This document shows positions 1 through 9,716 of a stretch of 64,000 nt of DNA, one piece after another (the first letter of the stretch is position 1; each line of letters begins with the position of its first letter). The DNA is taken from NCBI GenBank assembly GCA_902634135.1, contig CACPJB010000001.1, positions 8,186 through 72,185 of the forward strand, written 5' to 3'. The position numbers were made by a program, and so were the translations under genes. Under the pieces are notes generated by a model. It was given only the letters and a program-made list of their open reading frames with translations, did no database searches and was not told where the DNA came from. Source of the stretch: an uncultured Marinoscillum sp. Lineage in GTDB: Bacteria > Bacteroidota > Bacteroidia > Cytophagales > MED-G16.

Positions 1-1
1 T

Positions 2-802
2 TATTCCTCTGTTTTAGCAAAAAAAAATGGTGTAAAATCAATTTATCTTTCTGGTAGCGGTGTCGCCGCAGCATCTTTCGGTCTCCCAGACCTTGGGTTT
101 ACCAAACTAGAAGATGTGGTAGAGGATGCTAGAAGAATTACCTCAGCGTGTGATTTACCACTTCTTGTTGATGTTGATACTGGATTTGGTTCATTAAATT
201 CTATCCAAAAAACTGTCAAGTTGCTAGAGAAAGAAAATGTTGCAGCTATTCATATTGAAGATCAAGTTGATCTCAAGAGGTGTGGACACAGACCAAATAA
301 AAAATTAGTTTCAATCACTGAGATGCAGGACAGGATTAAGGCTGCAGTTGATGCTAGGACCGAAGATGATTTTGTAATCATGGCAAGGTCTGATGCCTTA
401 GCTGTAGAAAATGAGGGAATGTTGCTAGAGAGAATCAATTCATACATAGAAGTTGGAGCAGATATGATATTTCCTGAGGCACTAGTTTCCTTAGATGGAT
501 ACAAAAAAATTGCTCAAGAATCCTCCGTGCCAATTCTAGCAAACATCACAGAGTTTGGGAAGACTCCTTTATTCTCAAAAAAAGAATTACATGATGCTGG
601 AGTATCTATGGTTTTATATCCTCTAACTGCTTTTAGGGCAATGAGTAAGGCTGCAGAAAAGATATATAAGGAATTATCTAGTACAGAATCTCAGGAGCAT
701 ATGCTAGGAGAGATGCAGACTAGAGATGAGCTATATGATTACCTTTCCTACCATAAATATGAGAAGGAGATGGATGATATTTTAAATAAAAAAGATGAGT
801 AA
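2..802 (+). CDS. prpB: Methylisocitrate lyase (PEP mutase/isocitrate lyase superfamily), 5'-truncated by the window edge
   Basis: The frame is open from nt 2 (..SIYLSGSGVAAASFGLPDLG..) upstream of the track ORF 116..802. It has DVDTGFG and KRCGH motifs. It overlaps the prpC start by 8 nt and is followed by prpD. Confidence 0.85.
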   Translation, partial: YSSVLAKKNGVKSIYLSGSGVAAASFGLPDLGFTKLEDVVEDARRITSACDLPLLVDVDTGFGSLNSIQKTVKLLEKENVAAIHIEDQVDLKRCGHRPNKKLVSITEMQDRIKAAVDARTEDDFVIMARSDALAVENEGMLLERINSYIEVGADMIFPEALVSLDGYKKIAQESSVPILANITEFGKTPLFSKKELHDAGVSMVLYPLTAFRAMSKAAEKIYKELSSTESQEHMLGEMQTRDELYDYLSYHKYEKEMDDILNKKDE

Positions 803-1904
803 AGGATTAAGAGGTATTGAGGCGGGAACAACCTCGATTTGTACAGTTGGGGAGACTGGTGATGATCTTCATTATAGAGGTTATGACGTTGTTGACCTAA
901 GTGAGCACTGCATTTTTGAGGAAGTATGTTACTTACTTCTGCATGGTAATCTTCCAAATAAAGATCAACTTAAAAGCTTTAGTAATAATCTTATTTCTAA
1001 GAGATCTTTACCAGACCCTTTAAAAATTGTACTAGAAATAATACCAAAAGAAACTAACCCTATGGATGTGCTAAGGACTGCGTGTTCTTTCTTAGGAAAT
1101 ATTGAGCCAGAGAAGTCATTTGATAATCAGATGCACTGCTCAGAGAGATTACTCGGAATATTTCCTTCGGTATTAAATTACTGGTATCATTTCTCGCATT
1201 CTGGAAATAAGATTTCAGAGGAAAATGACTCTGAAACTATTGCAGGTCATTTTCTACACACTTTACACGGAAGAAAGCCAACTGAGACAGAGGAGAAGGT
1301 TATGAATATATCTCTTATTCTCTACGCAGAACATGAGTTCAATGCTTCTACCTTTGCCGCCAGAGTATGTGCAGCTACTTTATCAGACTTTTATTCTTGT
1401 GTTACCGGTGCGATAGGAACTTTGAGAGGTCCTCTTCACGGCGGGGCAAATGAGAAGGCAATGGAACTCATATCAAGATTTGAAGATGAGGAATCTGCCG
1501 CACAATCTATCTACTCTATGCTTGAAAATAAAGAACTTATTATGGGCTTTGGTCATGCTGTATACAAAAAACAGGACCCAAGAAATGATATAATCAAGAA
1601 GTGGTCAAAAAAACTTTCAGTGGGAAGAACTAATGAAAAACTTTACGATATATCATCTAGAATTGAGAGGATAATGAAAGAGGAGAAAGGTCTTTTTGCC
1701 AATGCCGACTTTTTCCATGCGTCTGCCTACAATTTTATGGATATACCTACTAAGCTTTTCACTCCAATTTTTGTTTGTTCAAGAGTATCGGGTTGGGCAG
1801 CTCATATCATTGAGCAGAGATCAGATAATAAACTAATAAGGCCTGGAGCAAAATATGTTGGTAGTGATCCGCTTGATTTTGTCCCAATAAACGAAAGAGA
1901 TTAA
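795..1904 (+). CDS. prpC: 2-methylcitrate synthase (citrate synthase family)
   Basis: 369 aa with citrate-synthase motifs (GPLHGGANE, GFGHAVYKKQDPRN). It sits between prpB and prpD. Confidence 0.85.
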   Translation: MSKGLRGIEAGTTSICTVGETGDDLHYRGYDVVDLSEHCIFEEVCYLLLHGNLPNKDQLKSFSNNLISKRSLPDPLKIVLEIIPKETNPMDVLRTACSFLGNIEPEKSFDNQMHCSERLLGIFPSVLNYWYHFSHSGNKISEENDSETIAGHFLHTLHGRKPTETEEKVMNISLILYAEHEFNASTFAARVCAATLSDFYSCVTGAIGTLRGPLHGGANEKAMELISRFEDEESAAQSIYSMLENKELIMGFGHAVYKKQDPRNDIIKKWSKKLSVGRTNEKLYDISSRIERIMKEEKGLFANADFFHASAYNFMDIPTKLFTPIFVCSRVSGWAAHIIEQRSDNKLIRPGAKYVGSDPLDFVPINERD

Positions 1905-1905
1905 T

Positions 1906-3354
1906 ATGAAAAATGAGGTTTCAGAAAATTTTATTTCTGATTACGATAAAGAGATAAAAGAGATAGCAGACTACACTGTAAACTTCTCTAATTTTTCAGA
2001 CCTGTCAAGGCAAACAGCATATCATGTACTTCTAGATAGTATAGCCTGTGGTATACTAGCCCTAAAAAATGAATCATGTAAAAACTTATTAGGCCCAGTC
2101 TTTGAGGGTTCTAATATCGATGGCGGAGCAAGAGTTTTTGGAACAAACTATACGCTGGATCCAATTAGAGCGGCTTGGAATACAGGATGTATAATAAGGT
2201 GGTTAGATTTTAACGACACGTGGTTAGCGCAGGAGTGGGGTCATCCCTCAGACAACCTGGGTGCAATCCTTCCAATTACCGATTTTTTAAGTTTGAATAG
2301 AGTTAGTAAAGGTCAGGACCCAATCAAAGTATCAGAGTTACTAGAACATACAATTAAAGCTCATGAGATACAGGGAGTCTTAGCTCTTGACAATAGCTTC
2401 AATAAGGTAGGACTTGACCATGTCTTACTTGTTAGGGTGGCGTCAAGCGCTCTATCCTCATACCTTCTCGGCGGCGATTACGATGATGTATGTAACACCG
2501 TATCCCACGCCTGGGTAGATGGAAGTAGTCTAAGAACATACAGACACGCTCCTAATACGGGAAGTAGAAAGTCTTGGGCTGCGGGAGACGCAACATCAAG
2601 AGCAGTTCATCTCGCTTGGCTTACCACAAGAGGTGAAGGTGGATACAGAGGTGCTCTCTCGGCAAAGACATGGGGATTTAGTGATGTAAGTTTTAAAAGT
2701 AAACCAATTAAAAGAAGTCAAGAGTATGGTACTTATGTAATGGAAAACATTTTATTTAAAATTTCTTTTCCTGCTGAATTTCACGCGCAGACTGCAGTTG
2801 AGGCTGGAATATCTCTACATGAAAAGTATGGGGACAAACTCGATAAAATATCAAGTATTGAGGTGGAGACCCAAGAGCCTGCAGTAAGAATTATATCTAA
2901 GACCGGGCCACTACACAATTATGCTGATAGAGACCACTGCTTACAGTACATGATTGCTATAGCATTGATATACGGAGAGGTTGAGGCTAAGCACTACCAA
3001 GATAAAATTGCGAGTAATCCGATGATTGATTCGTTGAGAGAAAAGATGATAATAAGTGAAAACCCAAAATTTTCTCGTGACTACCTGGATCCAAGTAAAA
3101 GATCAATTGCCAACAGTATCACTCTAGCTTTTGATGATGGATCAAAGTCAGAGAAAATAACTGTGGAGTACCCGGTAGGTCATAGAAATAGGAGAGACGA
3201 GGGGATTCCTCTTCTACTTAATAAATTTGAGGCCGCAATAAAAAGTTATTACCCTAGTAACCAATCAGATGATATATTAAACTCCTTCCTAGATATGGAG
3301 AATTTATCAAATATGTCAGTAAATGAGATGATGGATAAATTAGTGATAAAATGA
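1906..3354 (+). CDS. prpD: 2-methylcitrate dehydratase (MmgE/PrpD family)
   Basis: 482 aa of typical PrpD length with PrpD-like sequence throughout. It starts 1 nt after the prpC stop. Confidence 0.85.
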   Translation: MKNEVSENFISDYDKEIKEIADYTVNFSNFSDLSRQTAYHVLLDSIACGILALKNESCKNLLGPVFEGSNIDGGARVFGTNYTLDPIRAAWNTGCIIRWLDFNDTWLAQEWGHPSDNLGAILPITDFLSLNRVSKGQDPIKVSELLEHTIKAHEIQGVLALDNSFNKVGLDHVLLVRVASSALSSYLLGGDYDDVCNTVSHAWVDGSSLRTYRHAPNTGSRKSWAAGDATSRAVHLAWLTTRGEGGYRGALSAKTWGFSDVSFKSKPIKRSQEYGTYVMENILFKISFPAEFHAQTAVEAGISLHEKYGDKLDKISSIEVETQEPAVRIISKTGPLHNYADRDHCLQYMIAIALIYGEVEAKHYQDKIASNPMIDSLREKMIISENPKFSRDYLDPSKRSIANSITLAFDDGSKSEKITVEYPVGHRNRRDEGIPLLLNKFEAAIKSYYPSNQSDDILNSFLDMENLSNMSVNEMMDKLVIK

Positions 3355-3803
3355 GAGTTGTTGTCCAGAGGGTAAGTCAGTCAAACGTAAAGGTCTCAGA
3401 TGATGTAATTGGTGAAATTAACGAAGGACTCATGGTTCTTGTAAGTTTTGTTGATGACGATAATAATACTGATCTTGAGTGGATGACAAAAAAAATTGTC
3501 AATCTCAGGATATTTAATGACGATGAGGGGAAGATGAATAGAAGTGTGCAGGACGTAGTTGGAGATATTCTTCTTATCAGTCAGTTCACTCTCCACGGGT
3601 CAACTAAGAAAGGGAATCGTCCTTCTTTCATTAAGGCAGCGAAGCCAGATTTTGCAAAAGTTATGTATGAAAAATTTATTAAAATATTAGAGCAGTGTCT
3701 GGGTAAGGAAATTCAGACCGGAGAGTTTGGTGGCGACATGAAAGTTAGTCTTGTCAACGACGGACCAACTACTATAATTATTGACTCAAAGGACAAAGAG
3801 TAA
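3351..3803 (+). CDS. dtd: D-aminoacyl-tRNA deacylase
   Basis: 150 aa with N-terminal MRVVVQRV, SQFTL and NDGPTT motifs. It has an ATGA overlap with the prpD stop. Confidence 0.9.
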   Translation: MRVVVQRVSQSNVKVSDDVIGEINEGLMVLVSFVDDDNNTDLEWMTKKIVNLRIFNDDEGKMNRSVQDVVGDILLISQFTLHGSTKKGNRPSFIKAAKPDFAKVMYEKFIKILEQCLGKEIQTGEFGGDMKVSLVNDGPTTIIIDSKDKE

Positions 3804-3804
3804 A

Positions 3805-4959
3805 TTATTCTTCTGGAATAAATGTATAATTAAAAACTTTTTCAAATCTTCCGTCATCACTTTTCCATCTTAAAGTGCTTTCATCAATTATTTCAATAGA
3901 ATAAGAGCCTGCATCATATTTATTTCCTTCACTAAAACATTCTAAAGTAAATCCAACTGTATTTTCATTATTTATTTCGCCACTAGAAAACTCACAGCTC
4001 TGGCTATCATATCCCCAGGAAGTATAAGAATAAATACCATTTATATCATCAGATATATTCAGTATAATTTCAGTAATATTTACATAATCATTTTTATTTT
4101 GAGCCCCGGCAGCAGCTTGTTCATCAATCTCATTTAAAAACACTTTGTATTGACCTCTCTTAAATTTTGTACCGGAGATATCAACCTTATCTTCCTTAAT
4201 AGTGGTATTAGATTTATCAACCTTATCTACACATTTACCAAATTCGTCTTTACCAAACCTACATCTTATTTCTTTTTCGAAATCAGAGATTTTCCATACC
4301 CTATCATCATCAACTTTTTCAAAATAAATGTTATAAATTATTTGCTTTATTAATTCATCATTTGAGTTTATAAATGCTAAAATCCTACTTTTATCACCTA
4401 CTTCAAACTCATCTAGTTTTTTAGAAAAATAATGAGAAGTTTGAAAAAAAGAATAACCAGGATATTCATCTCCTAATACTCCATCATAGCTATTATTGTC
4501 ACCAGGAATCTTTCCCATAAAACCATCAGATTCTTTTGAGAAATAAACAGAATACCACGGTTTGGTTTTATCAGCAGCTTCAATTTTTACTTCATTTGGC
4601 ACTACACCGATATCTTGAAAAATAGTAAAAGCTAACAATGAAGTATAATTTAAATATTTAAAATCATTGCTTTTTAATGTTTTTATTAAATTATCACTTG
4701 CCGTTCTTATTTTTTGAAATTCTTCAAAATAATTTGGTATTAAATATTTACAGTAAGAATCTATAGCATCTATCAATTCACTAACATCATCCTCAACATC
4801 ATATCCGTAATTTGAGTAGACCTCCTCATAATCAATTGACTTACATGTATAATTATTTTCTTTTAAAAAATTTAAAAACTGATCAGCAGTTGGGATAGTT
4901 TGTGAGTAGACACTAAAGTTTATTATTAGTAATGATATTATTAGTTTGATTTTTTTCAT
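3805..4959 (-). CDS. Secreted hypothetical protein with an N-terminal signal peptide
   Basis: 384-aa ORF with a hydrophobic N-terminus (MKKIKLIISLLIINFSVYSQ). I recognise no family. It lies 1 nt downstream of the antiporter gene on the same strand. Confidence 0.6.
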   Translation of the reverse strand: MKKIKLIISLLIINFSVYSQTIPTADQFLNFLKENNYTCKSIDYEEVYSNYGYDVEDDVSELIDAIDSYCKYLIPNYFEEFQKIRTASDNLIKTLKSNDFKYLNYTSLLAFTIFQDIGVVPNEVKIEAADKTKPWYSVYFSKESDGFMGKIPGDNNSYDGVLGDEYPGYSFFQTSHYFSKKLDEFEVGDKSRILAFINSNDELIKQIIYNIYFEKVDDDRVWKISDFEKEIRCRFGKDEFGKCVDKVDKSNTTIKEDKVDISGTKFKRGQYKVFLNEIDEQAAAGAQNKNDYVNITEIILNISDDINGIYSYTSWGYDSQSCEFSSGEINNENTVGFTLECFSEGNKYDAGSYSIEIIDESTLRWKSDDGRFEKVFNYTFIPEE

Positions 4960-4960
4960 A

Positions 4961-6277
4961 TTACTTCTTCTTTACAATCTTTTCCATAGTCAGACCCTGT
5001 ACTAATATTGTAAATAGAACAACTGCGTATGTTAGAATTAATATAAGAGATTTAACATCTCCCATGTCATCAGGTAAGTTAAGGGCTAGGGCTATACTAA
5101 GTCCACCTCTCAAACCTCCCCATGTAATAATTTTAGCAGTATTTTCTTCAAAGTTTTTAAATCGTGATAGTATAACAACTGGAATTGATACTCCAATATA
5201 TCTAGATAGAACAACAAGGAATATTGTTATTATTGATAATGCTAAATAAACTAAATTGAAGCTATCGAAAATTAAAATTATCTCAAGTCCTATCAGTATG
5301 AATAGGATAGCGTTAAGTGTTTCGTCTAGGAGGTGCCAGAATTTATAGACGTAGTCTCCCATGGCCAGCTCAGAATCTCCGTTACCATCTTCCTCTTTGA
5401 TATGTTTATTGAGATATAGACCAAGAATAACAACACCAAGTGGAGCAGAGAGATGATATCTAGTTGCAATTACAGAAACAAATAAAACTAGAGAAAGAGT
5501 TATTAGAACTTCTAGTTCCACGTATTCATTCTCGATATATCTAACTAGTTTAAGTCCAAAATATCCTATAATAGCTCCTAGAGCTAAACCACCAATTACC
5601 TCAGTAAAAAATAATGTTCCTACAGAGTCAAATGTTATTTGTGCACCAGTAGATTTTACACCAAGAAGAGTCAGGAATACAACAACCCCGATACCGTCAT
5701 TGAATAGAGATTCTCCAGCAATTCTAGTTTCAGTCAGAGGAGATAATTTCATTCTTTTGATAACAGATAAAACAGCAATCGGATCTGTTGGAGCTATTAG
5801 TGATCCAAAAAGTAGGCAATCTATATAACTTATTCCTAAATAGGAAAGCCCGAATATAGGTGCGTTTACCAGGTAAAATGTTAAGCTTCCTACAACATAT
5901 GTAGAGAAAAGAACACCAAATGATGCCAAAAGTAATATTGTTACCTTATCCTTCCTCAGTATATGTACATTAATAGACATTGCTCCTGCGAATAGAAGAA
6001 AGGGTAGCATTACATTCATTAGCATGAAGTTAAAATCAAAGCTCTCAGTTATTGTAAATGCTAAGTCATAAAATCCAGGAAAGAAAAATCCAAATATTAA
6101 GATGATAATAGATAACGCTATAGCTAATATCATTAGTCCTATAGTCATCGGCAGTTTTAAAAATCTAAGATTTACAATGGAGAAGAAAGAAGCTAAGATT
6201 AAAAGTATTGTACTCAGTTCAAGTATGTCGAGTCTCCTGTTCTCTATAAGTGAATATCCTTGATTTAGTTCTTCCAC
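4961..6277 (-). CDS. Na+/H+ (cation:proton) antiporter, CPA1/NhaP-like
   Basis: 438 aa, polytopic membrane protein with an Na_H_exchanger-like sequence (SLFNDGIGVVVF, ITWGGLRGGLSIALAL). GTG start. Confidence 0.8.
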   Translation of the reverse strand: MEELNQGYSLIENRRLDILELSTILLILASFFSIVNLRFLKLPMTIGLMILAIALSIIILIFGFFFPGFYDLAFTITESFDFNFMLMNVMLPFLLFAGAMSINVHILRKDKVTILLLASFGVLFSTYVVGSLTFYLVNAPIFGLSYLGISYIDCLLFGSLIAPTDPIAVLSVIKRMKLSPLTETRIAGESLFNDGIGVVVFLTLLGVKSTGAQITFDSVGTLFFTEVIGGLALGAIIGYFGLKLVRYIENEYVELEVLITLSLVLFVSVIATRYHLSAPLGVVILGLYLNKHIKEEDGNGDSELAMGDYVYKFWHLLDETLNAILFILIGLEIILIFDSFNLVYLALSIITIFLVVLSRYIGVSIPVVILSRFKNFEENTAKIITWGGLRGGLSIALALNLPDDMGDVKSLILILTYAVVLFTILVQGLTMEKIVKKK

Positions 6278-6328
6278 AAAAAATTTGTTCTTATTAAAGA
6301 ATATGTGAAAATAACTATAAATTTAAAT

Positions 6329-6655
6329 ATGACTATAGAAGAAGCTCAAAAACTTGTTGACAACTGGATCAAAGAAAAAGGTGTCAGATATTTCAATGAA
6401 TTAACAAATACTACTATTCTTATGGAGGAGGTAGGGGAACTCGCAAGGGTTATTGCAAGGAAGTATGGTGAGCAGTCAACCAAAAAGGGTGAGAAAAATC
6501 TTGATTTAGCAGATGAAATTGCTGACGTGCTCTGGGTTTTAATGTGCATTGCAAATCAAACAGGTGTAGACCTTACAGATGCTCTAAAAAAAAATATGGA
6601 AAAGAAAGACAGAAGAGACTCTGAGAGACACTTAAATAATAAGAAACTACAATAA
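6329..6655 (+). CDS. MazG-type nucleotide pyrophosphohydrolase (small all-alpha NTP-PPase)
   Basis: EEVGELARVI ... LADEIADVLWVLMCIAN motif pair. The track ORF begins at GTG 6305. ATG 6329 (MTIEEAQKLVDNWIKE) looks like the family N-terminus, so the start is ambiguous. Confidence 0.75.
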   Translation: MTIEEAQKLVDNWIKEKGVRYFNELTNTTILMEEVGELARVIARKYGEQSTKKGEKNLDLADEIADVLWVLMCIANQTGVDLTDALKKNMEKKDRRDSERHLNNKKLQ

Positions 6656-7348
6656 TACTATCTGGTCATCGTCTAAATAAGGCAAAATTTCTTGCTTGTC
6701 TATTTCTGAGCAGAATTCAATATCCTTAATGTTATCGTAACCTGATAATCTTTTAGCATGCGAAGATTTTTTCATGCTTGATAGGATATTATTTTTAGAT
6801 TCATCATATAATTTTTTTGCAATTATTACGGTATCTGACTTGTATTCATAATTTTCTAATCCTGCAATTATTGCTCCAGCGCACATAGTATCTTCTAGGT
6901 TAGTACTTCCTTTCCACCCTGAGCATACGAGTAGCGTATCTCTTTTATTAGTATTCAAATATTCTATAACTGTTGATAGATTTAGAAATGAACTTATTAG
7001 AGTTATTTTAGAACCCTTAGTCTTGAGAATTGCTTTAGTCCCATTACTGGTAGCTATTCCAACATTTCTATCTTCAAATAATTCTCTTTTAATTTTAGAT
7101 GGTGAATTTCCAAAATCAAAACCCTCTACTTTTTTACCCATCCTCTCAGCCATAACAATATACCCATCTCCTTTAAGTTTCATGCATTCCTCAATTGACT
7201 CTATTGGCTTCACAGATTTAGCTCCCGAGAAAAGAATGGTATTAATTGTACTTGTTGCTCTTAGCACATCAATTACCACTACATTTTTATCTTTGTGGTG
7301 ATAATTATTAAGCTGTTGGTGAGTTAAACAAACCTCTATTGAACTCAT
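6647..7348 (-). CDS. 2-phosphosulfolactate phosphatase family protein (ComB-like)
   Basis: 233 aa with a VVIDVLRATSTI motif and ComB-like length. Its start overlaps the gcvT stop by 4 nt. Confidence 0.75.
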   Translation of the reverse strand: MSSIEVCLTHQQLNNYHHKDKNVVVIDVLRATSTINTILFSGAKSVKPIESIEECMKLKGDGYIVMAERMGKKVEGFDFGNSPSKIKRELFEDRNVGIATSNGTKAILKTKGSKITLISSFLNLSTVIEYLNTNKRDTLLVCSGWKGSTNLEDTMCAGAIIAGLENYEYKSDTVIIAKKLYDESKNNILSSMKKSSHAKRLSGYDNIKDIEFCSEIDKQEILPYLDDDQIVLL

Positions 7349-8427
7349 ATAAATGGTCTTTTTACTATTTTTCCTTCAACTTTTTTTGATCTTATCTCTA
7401 TATATATTTTTTCTGAAATAGTATTTTCATTATAGCTTACATATCCCATTCCGATTGCTTTTTTTGTATATGGAGAAATTGATCCACTAGTTACCTCGCC
7501 AACTAGTTCCTTTTCTTTATTAAATATTTTGTATCCTTTTCTAGGAATACCTTTTTCTATTAATTCAAATCCAATAAGAGTTTTTGATGGTTTATTTGAT
7601 CTATCTCTATCTACAATTTCTTTACCAATAAAGTTTATTTCTTTTTTACATATCCAATCAAGTTCAGCTTCTATTGGATTTATGGAATCATCAATATCAT
7701 TCCCATGGAGGCAGAAACCCATCTCCAATCTTAGGGTATCTCTAGCACCGAGTCCTATAGGTTGAATTTCAAATTCATTACCTATTGAAATAATTTTATC
7801 CCAAAGGGATTTAGCAAATTTATTTTTTGCATATAACTCAAAACCTCCAGCACCTGTGTATCCAGTTGCTGAAATAATTACATTTCCAAAGTCACTAGTT
7901 TTTTTTTCTATAAATGTATAATATTTAATATTTGTGAGATCTTCACTAAATACTTTACTACAAACTTTATCAGCTTTTGGACCTTGAACTGCAAATAATG
8001 AGTAGTCATCTGAATTATTTTTTATTTCAACATCAAGGTTATTATTATCATTTAGCCAATTAAAATCTTTCTCCATGTTTGATGCATTAACTACTAGCAT
8101 ATACTTATTTTCTCCTATGTCATATACTAAGAGGTCGTCAATAATACCTCCAGAGCGATTTAGAATTGAAGAATACTGTACTTTTCCTTTTGTTAATTTA
8201 TTAATATCGTTCGTAGTAACCATTTGTAAAAAATCTTTTGCCATCTCTCCAGAAACAAAAAACTCTCCCATATGGGACACATCAAAAATTCCTACTTTTT
8301 CCCTTACGCAATTATGCTCATCCGCGATAGAAGAATACCACATAGGCATATTGTATCCAGCAAATGGAACCATTTTAGCATTATTTTCAACGTGAAATTT
8401 TTCGTTTTGTAAACTTTTGATATTCAT
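7345..8427 (-). CDS. gcvT: Glycine cleavage system aminomethyltransferase T
   Basis: 360 aa with FDVSHMGEF and GLGARDTLRLE motifs. Confidence 0.9.
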   Translation of the reverse strand: MNIKSLQNEKFHVENNAKMVPFAGYNMPMWYSSIADEHNCVREKVGIFDVSHMGEFFVSGEMAKDFLQMVTTNDINKLTKGKVQYSSILNRSGGIIDDLLVYDIGENKYMLVVNASNMEKDFNWLNDNNNLDVEIKNNSDDYSLFAVQGPKADKVCSKVFSEDLTNIKYYTFIEKKTSDFGNVIISATGYTGAGGFELYAKNKFAKSLWDKIISIGNEFEIQPIGLGARDTLRLEMGFCLHGNDIDDSINPIEAELDWICKKEINFIGKEIVDRDRSNKPSKTLIGFELIEKGIPRKGYKIFNKEKELVGEVTSGSISPYTKKAIGMGYVSYNENTISEKIYIEIRSKKVEGKIVKRPFI

Positions 8428-8455
8428 GGCTCAAAGATAAGTTTTAAAGATTAAT

Positions 8456-9031
8456 TTATAGAAGTTTAAATGATTTCCTATGATACTTAGTAGTTCCATA
8501 TTTTTTAATGGAATCTCTATGTTTTTTAGTAGGATATCCAAAGTTTGATTCCCAGGAATATTTATTGTATTTAATAGATAAATTTTTCATAAGATTATCT
8601 CTGTAATTTTTTGCTAGAATTGATGCAGCAGCAATATTTTGAAATTTATTATCTCCCTTTATAATACATTCATGACTAATATTATTATATGGTTTAAACT
8701 TATTGCCGTCTACTATAATGAATTCTGGTCTTACCTTTAATTTATCAATTGCCCTATGCATTGCCAATATTGATGCGTTAAGAATATTTATCTCATCTAT
8801 TTTATTATTACTAACCTCTGAGATACTCCAACTAATTGCATTATCAATTATTTCTTGTTCTAACTCTATCCTTTTTTTTTGACTTATTTTTTTTGAATCA
8901 ATAATAAACTTGTTCTTATAGTTTGTTGGAAGTATTACTACAGCTGCTACAACTGGTCCAGCGATACATCCTCTTCCAACTTCATCGCATCCAGCTTCTA
9001 CTAATTTGAACTGATATTGTGCATTTAACAT
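8456..9031 (-). CDS. rnhB: Ribonuclease HII
   Basis: 191 aa with a GCDEVGRGCIAGPVVAA active-site motif. Confidence 0.9.
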   Translation of the reverse strand: MLNAQYQFKLVEAGCDEVGRGCIAGPVVAAVVILPTNYKNKFIIDSKKISQKKRIELEQEIIDNAISWSISEVSNNKIDEINILNASILAMHRAIDKLKVRPEFIIVDGNKFKPYNNISHECIIKGDNKFQNIAAASILAKNYRDNLMKNLSIKYNKYSWESNFGYPTKKHRDSIKKYGTTKYHRKSFKLL

Positions 9032-9121
9032 TTTTTAATAATTAATATTTATTCTTCATGCAATATTTTAAGAACTATGTCGTCTAATAGATATGACAAG
9101 TAAAACATTAAATTTTTAATT

Positions 9122-9628
9122 ATGAAAAAAATACTTCTATTTATAGTGAGCCTTTTAATTTCAGATATATCGTATTCTCAAATTCAAAGAGGAAATAATT
9201 TACAAAGAAGGGGGATGATAGACAGAGATCAGATAAAGGAAAGGTTAGAGATGAGGAAGGAGTCAATGCAAAATAAAGAAAATGACCCTCTAATTTTATT
9301 GAATCTAACTGATGAACAAAGGAAATCATTTAAAGAAATTAATTCAAAACATCTATCTGTTGTACAAGAGATTAAAAAAGAGATGACGAAGAAAAAATTA
9401 GAAATGCAGCTAGAAAAGATGGAAGATAAAATTGATATAAGTTTAGTTAATAAGTTAATAGATGATTTGTCTGACTTAGAAGCGGAATTAAGGAAGTCTG
9501 AATTTAGTAGAAATCTAGAAATCAGGTATTTACTTGATGACGAACAAGAAGTAAGATTTGAGAGAATAATGCAAAGGAAAAAGATGATGGAAAAAGCTAA
9601 AATGATGAGAAAAAATTCAAGAATATGA
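9122..9628 (+). CDS. Periplasmic protein with LTxxQ-like repeats (Spy/CpxP-like)
   Basis: 168 aa with a signal peptide, an LTDEQRKSF motif and a highly charged helical sequence. The family assignment is tentative. Confidence 0.5.
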   Translation: MKKILLFIVSLLISDISYSQIQRGNNLQRRGMIDRDQIKERLEMRKESMQNKENDPLILLNLTDEQRKSFKEINSKHLSVVQEIKKEMTKKKLEMQLEKMEDKIDISLVNKLIDDLSDLEAELRKSEFSRNLEIRYLLDDEQEVRFERIMQRKKMMEKAKMMRKNSRI

Positions 9629-9678
9629 TTCAAGGACAAGTTTCATACTAAGTAAAGTTTAACAACAATTCATATAAA

Positions 9679-9704
9679 AGCCCGAGAAATCGGGCTTTTT
9701 TTTA
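9679..9704 (+). terminator. Rho-independent terminator after the LTxxQ protein gene
   Basis: AGCCCG / CGGGCT stem (9679-9684 and 9691-9696) with a 6-nt loop, followed by a T8 run. Confidence 0.7.
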
Positions 9705-9716
9705 TCTTTGCCTGCC

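Noticed and set aside
8428-8455. Possible glycine riboswitch upstream of gcvT
   Set aside because: Only 28 nt separate gcvT from the rnhB stop, which is far too short for a glycine riboswitch. gcvT is more likely read through from rnhB.
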